From Myxococcales bacterium (lineage in GTDB: Bacteria; Myxococcota; Myxococcia; Myxococcales; 40CM-4-68-19): a stretch of DNA of 64,000 bases. Below are positions 62,939 through 64,000 of the stretch, piece after piece. The notes under the pieces are model-generated. The model was not told the origin of the DNA. It did not search any database and was given only the letters and a program-made list of their open reading frames with translations. Each line of letters begins with the position of its first letter. Within the stretch, counting starts at the first letter, position 1. Made by a program: the position numbers and the translations under genes. The stretch covers positions 2,158 to 66,157 of the forward strand of contig DASQBG010000065.1 of the NCBI GenBank assembly GCA_035635335.1, read 5' to 3'.

Positions 62939-63736
62939 ATGGATCGCTGGCTCGCGCGGCTGGAGCGCAGGTTCGGCCGGTACGCGCCCTCGAACCTCAC
63001 CTTCTGGATCGTCGCCCTGCAGGGCTTCACCTTCGCCATCCTGTTCGTGAAGCCCGCCTCGCTCCAGCTGCTCATCCTGGACCCGTCGGCTGTCGCACGG
63101 GGCGAGGTCTGGAGGCTCGTCACCTTCCTCTTCCTTCCCTGGGGACCGGCCAACGGACCCTGGGCCATCTTCACCATCTTCGCGCTGCTCTTCCTCTACA
63201 CCATCGGGACGTCCCTGGAGGCGGAGTGGGGCGCGTTCCGCTTCGACCTCTACTACTTCATCGGCGCGGTCGGGACGATCGCCAGCTCGCTGCTCATCGG
63301 CCCGGTCACCAACGAGTACCTGAACCTCTCGCTGCTGCTCGCCTTCGCCACCCTCTTCCCCGACTACGAGGTCCTGCTGCTCATCCTGCCGCTCAAGGTG
63401 AAGTGGCTCGGCTTCCTCTCCGGCGCATTCCTGGCCTGGTCGTTCGTGGGCGGTCCGGCGCGGGTCAAGGCGGGGATCGTGGCGGCCATCCTCAACTACC
63501 TCCTCTTCTTCGCGCGGCCGCTCTTCGAGCGGGTCCGCGGCCGCGCCGCCCAGGGCGCGCGCCAGCGGCGGCTGGCCGGTTTCACACCCGATCCTCCGCG
63601 CAAGGCACGCGTATGCGCGAAATGCGGGCGCAGCGAGAAGGACGACCCCACCCTCGAGTTCCGCGTCTGCGATTGCCAGGAGAAGTGCCACGGCCGGCTG
63701 ACCGATTACTGCATCGAGCACGCGCGGGCGCACTGA
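62939..63736 (+). CDS. rhomboid-like polytopic membrane protein lacking the catalytic Ser/His, with C-terminal Cys-rich zinc-ribbon
   Basis: Distal part of ORF 62744..63736. Start is the ATG at 62939 or 62900. GEVWRLVTFLF and IGTSLEAEWGAFRF match rhomboid TM2/L1 motifs. The GxSG position reads GAVGT. C-terminus is CAKCG…CDCQEKCH. Confidence 0.65.
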   Translation: MDRWLARLERRFGRYAPSNLTFWIVALQGFTFAILFVKPASLQLLILDPSAVARGEVWRLVTFLFLPWGPANGPWAIFTIFALLFLYTIGTSLEAEWGAFRFDLYYFIGAVGTIASSLLIGPVTNEYLNLSLLLAFATLFPDYEVLLLILPLKVKWLGFLSGAFLAWSFVGGPARVKAGIVAAILNYLLFFARPLFERVRGRAAQGARQRRLAGFTPDPPRKARVCAKCGRSEKDDPTLEFRVCDCQEKCHGRLTDYCIEHARAH

Positions 63737-63863
63737 CATGCGCCCGCGCCCCGTTGGAGGGACCTGCGGTCCCCTCGTCGGGCAAAGCCCGACGAGCCTC
63801 CCCCCGCTTACGCGCGGATTCCCGCGCGCGCCGACCGTCGGTCGGCGGAAGGCAGCTTGCCGG

Positions 63864-64000
63864 TCAGCCGAGCTCGCCGGCGAGGTGTTGCACGATGGCG
63901 AGGGCAGCGAGGCCCGCGGTCTCGGTGCGGAGCACCAGGCGGCCCAGCGCCACCGGCGCGAATCCGGCAGCCGCCGCCTCGGCCCGCTCGGCCGGCGTGA
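63864..64000 (-). CDS. rsmE: 16S rRNA (uracil1498-N3)-methyltransferase RsmE, C-terminal fragment (continues beyond the window)
   Basis: Hand translation of the minus strand gives …AGFAPVALGRLVLRTETAGLAALAIVQHLAGELG*, with the stop at 63864-63866. This is the typical RsmE C-terminus (LG.R.LR.ETA). Confidence 0.6.
   Translation of the reverse strand, partial: TPAERAEAAAAGFAPVALGRLVLRTETAGLAALAIVQHLAGELG

Noticed and set aside
63811-63857. Two short GC hairpins (CGCGCGG-ATTC-CCGCGCG and CCGACC-GTC-GGTCGG) between convergent genes at the right end of the window.
   Set aside because: They are plausibly factor-independent terminators for the convergent pair. They are short, lack U-tracts, and cannot be distinguished from chance palindromes in GC-rich DNA, so they are not listed as features.

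Overview
Very GC-rich window: hand-counted 60-nt samples give about 72-75% GC in typical genes. It is densely packed with about 60 protein genes, many joined by 1-4 nt ATGA/GTGA/TAGTG overlaps. Gene content and protein style suggest a Myxococcota (Anaeromyxobacter-like) chromosome, but that is inference only. I ran no searches; all calls rest on the supplied ORF track, hand translation and motif recognition.

Most of the window is core housekeeping:
- hemW, gpmI, rlmH-rsfS-proA-proB, hflX, glnB-glnA, sfsA, ppa, fumC-xthA, pdxH and a partial rsmE.
- A metal ABC importer operon.
- A gamma-glutamyl-type amine catabolic cluster.
- A dispersed propionyl-CoA carboxylase / methylmalonyl-CoA mutase set.

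I found no rRNA, tRNA, CRISPR array, transposase or integrase.

The features that housekeeping does not explain are:
1. A 901-aa protein whose C-terminal half carries, in order, the signature strings of a class III nucleotidyl cyclase, split by large insertions. It is translationally coupled to a 51-aa membrane microprotein.
2. Two tandem giant secreted TPR / transglutaminase-like paralogues, one with an intact Cys-His-Asp triad and one without.
3. A conserved intergenic element of about 55 nt, present in at least 5 full and 1-3 partial copies. It marks nearly every transcription-unit boundary between 46 and 59 kb.
4. A roughly 150-bp hexanucleotide array (25 units) filling a divergent promoter and running into the sfsA start codon.
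5. A MITE/REP-like palindromic element in two copies.
6. A low-GC orphan lipoprotein islet.
7. A decayed AraC/VOC locus next to an hflX that has no canonical start codon for its conserved N-terminus.

Most long alternative-frame and antisense ORFs in the track are GC-content artefacts and were not called.
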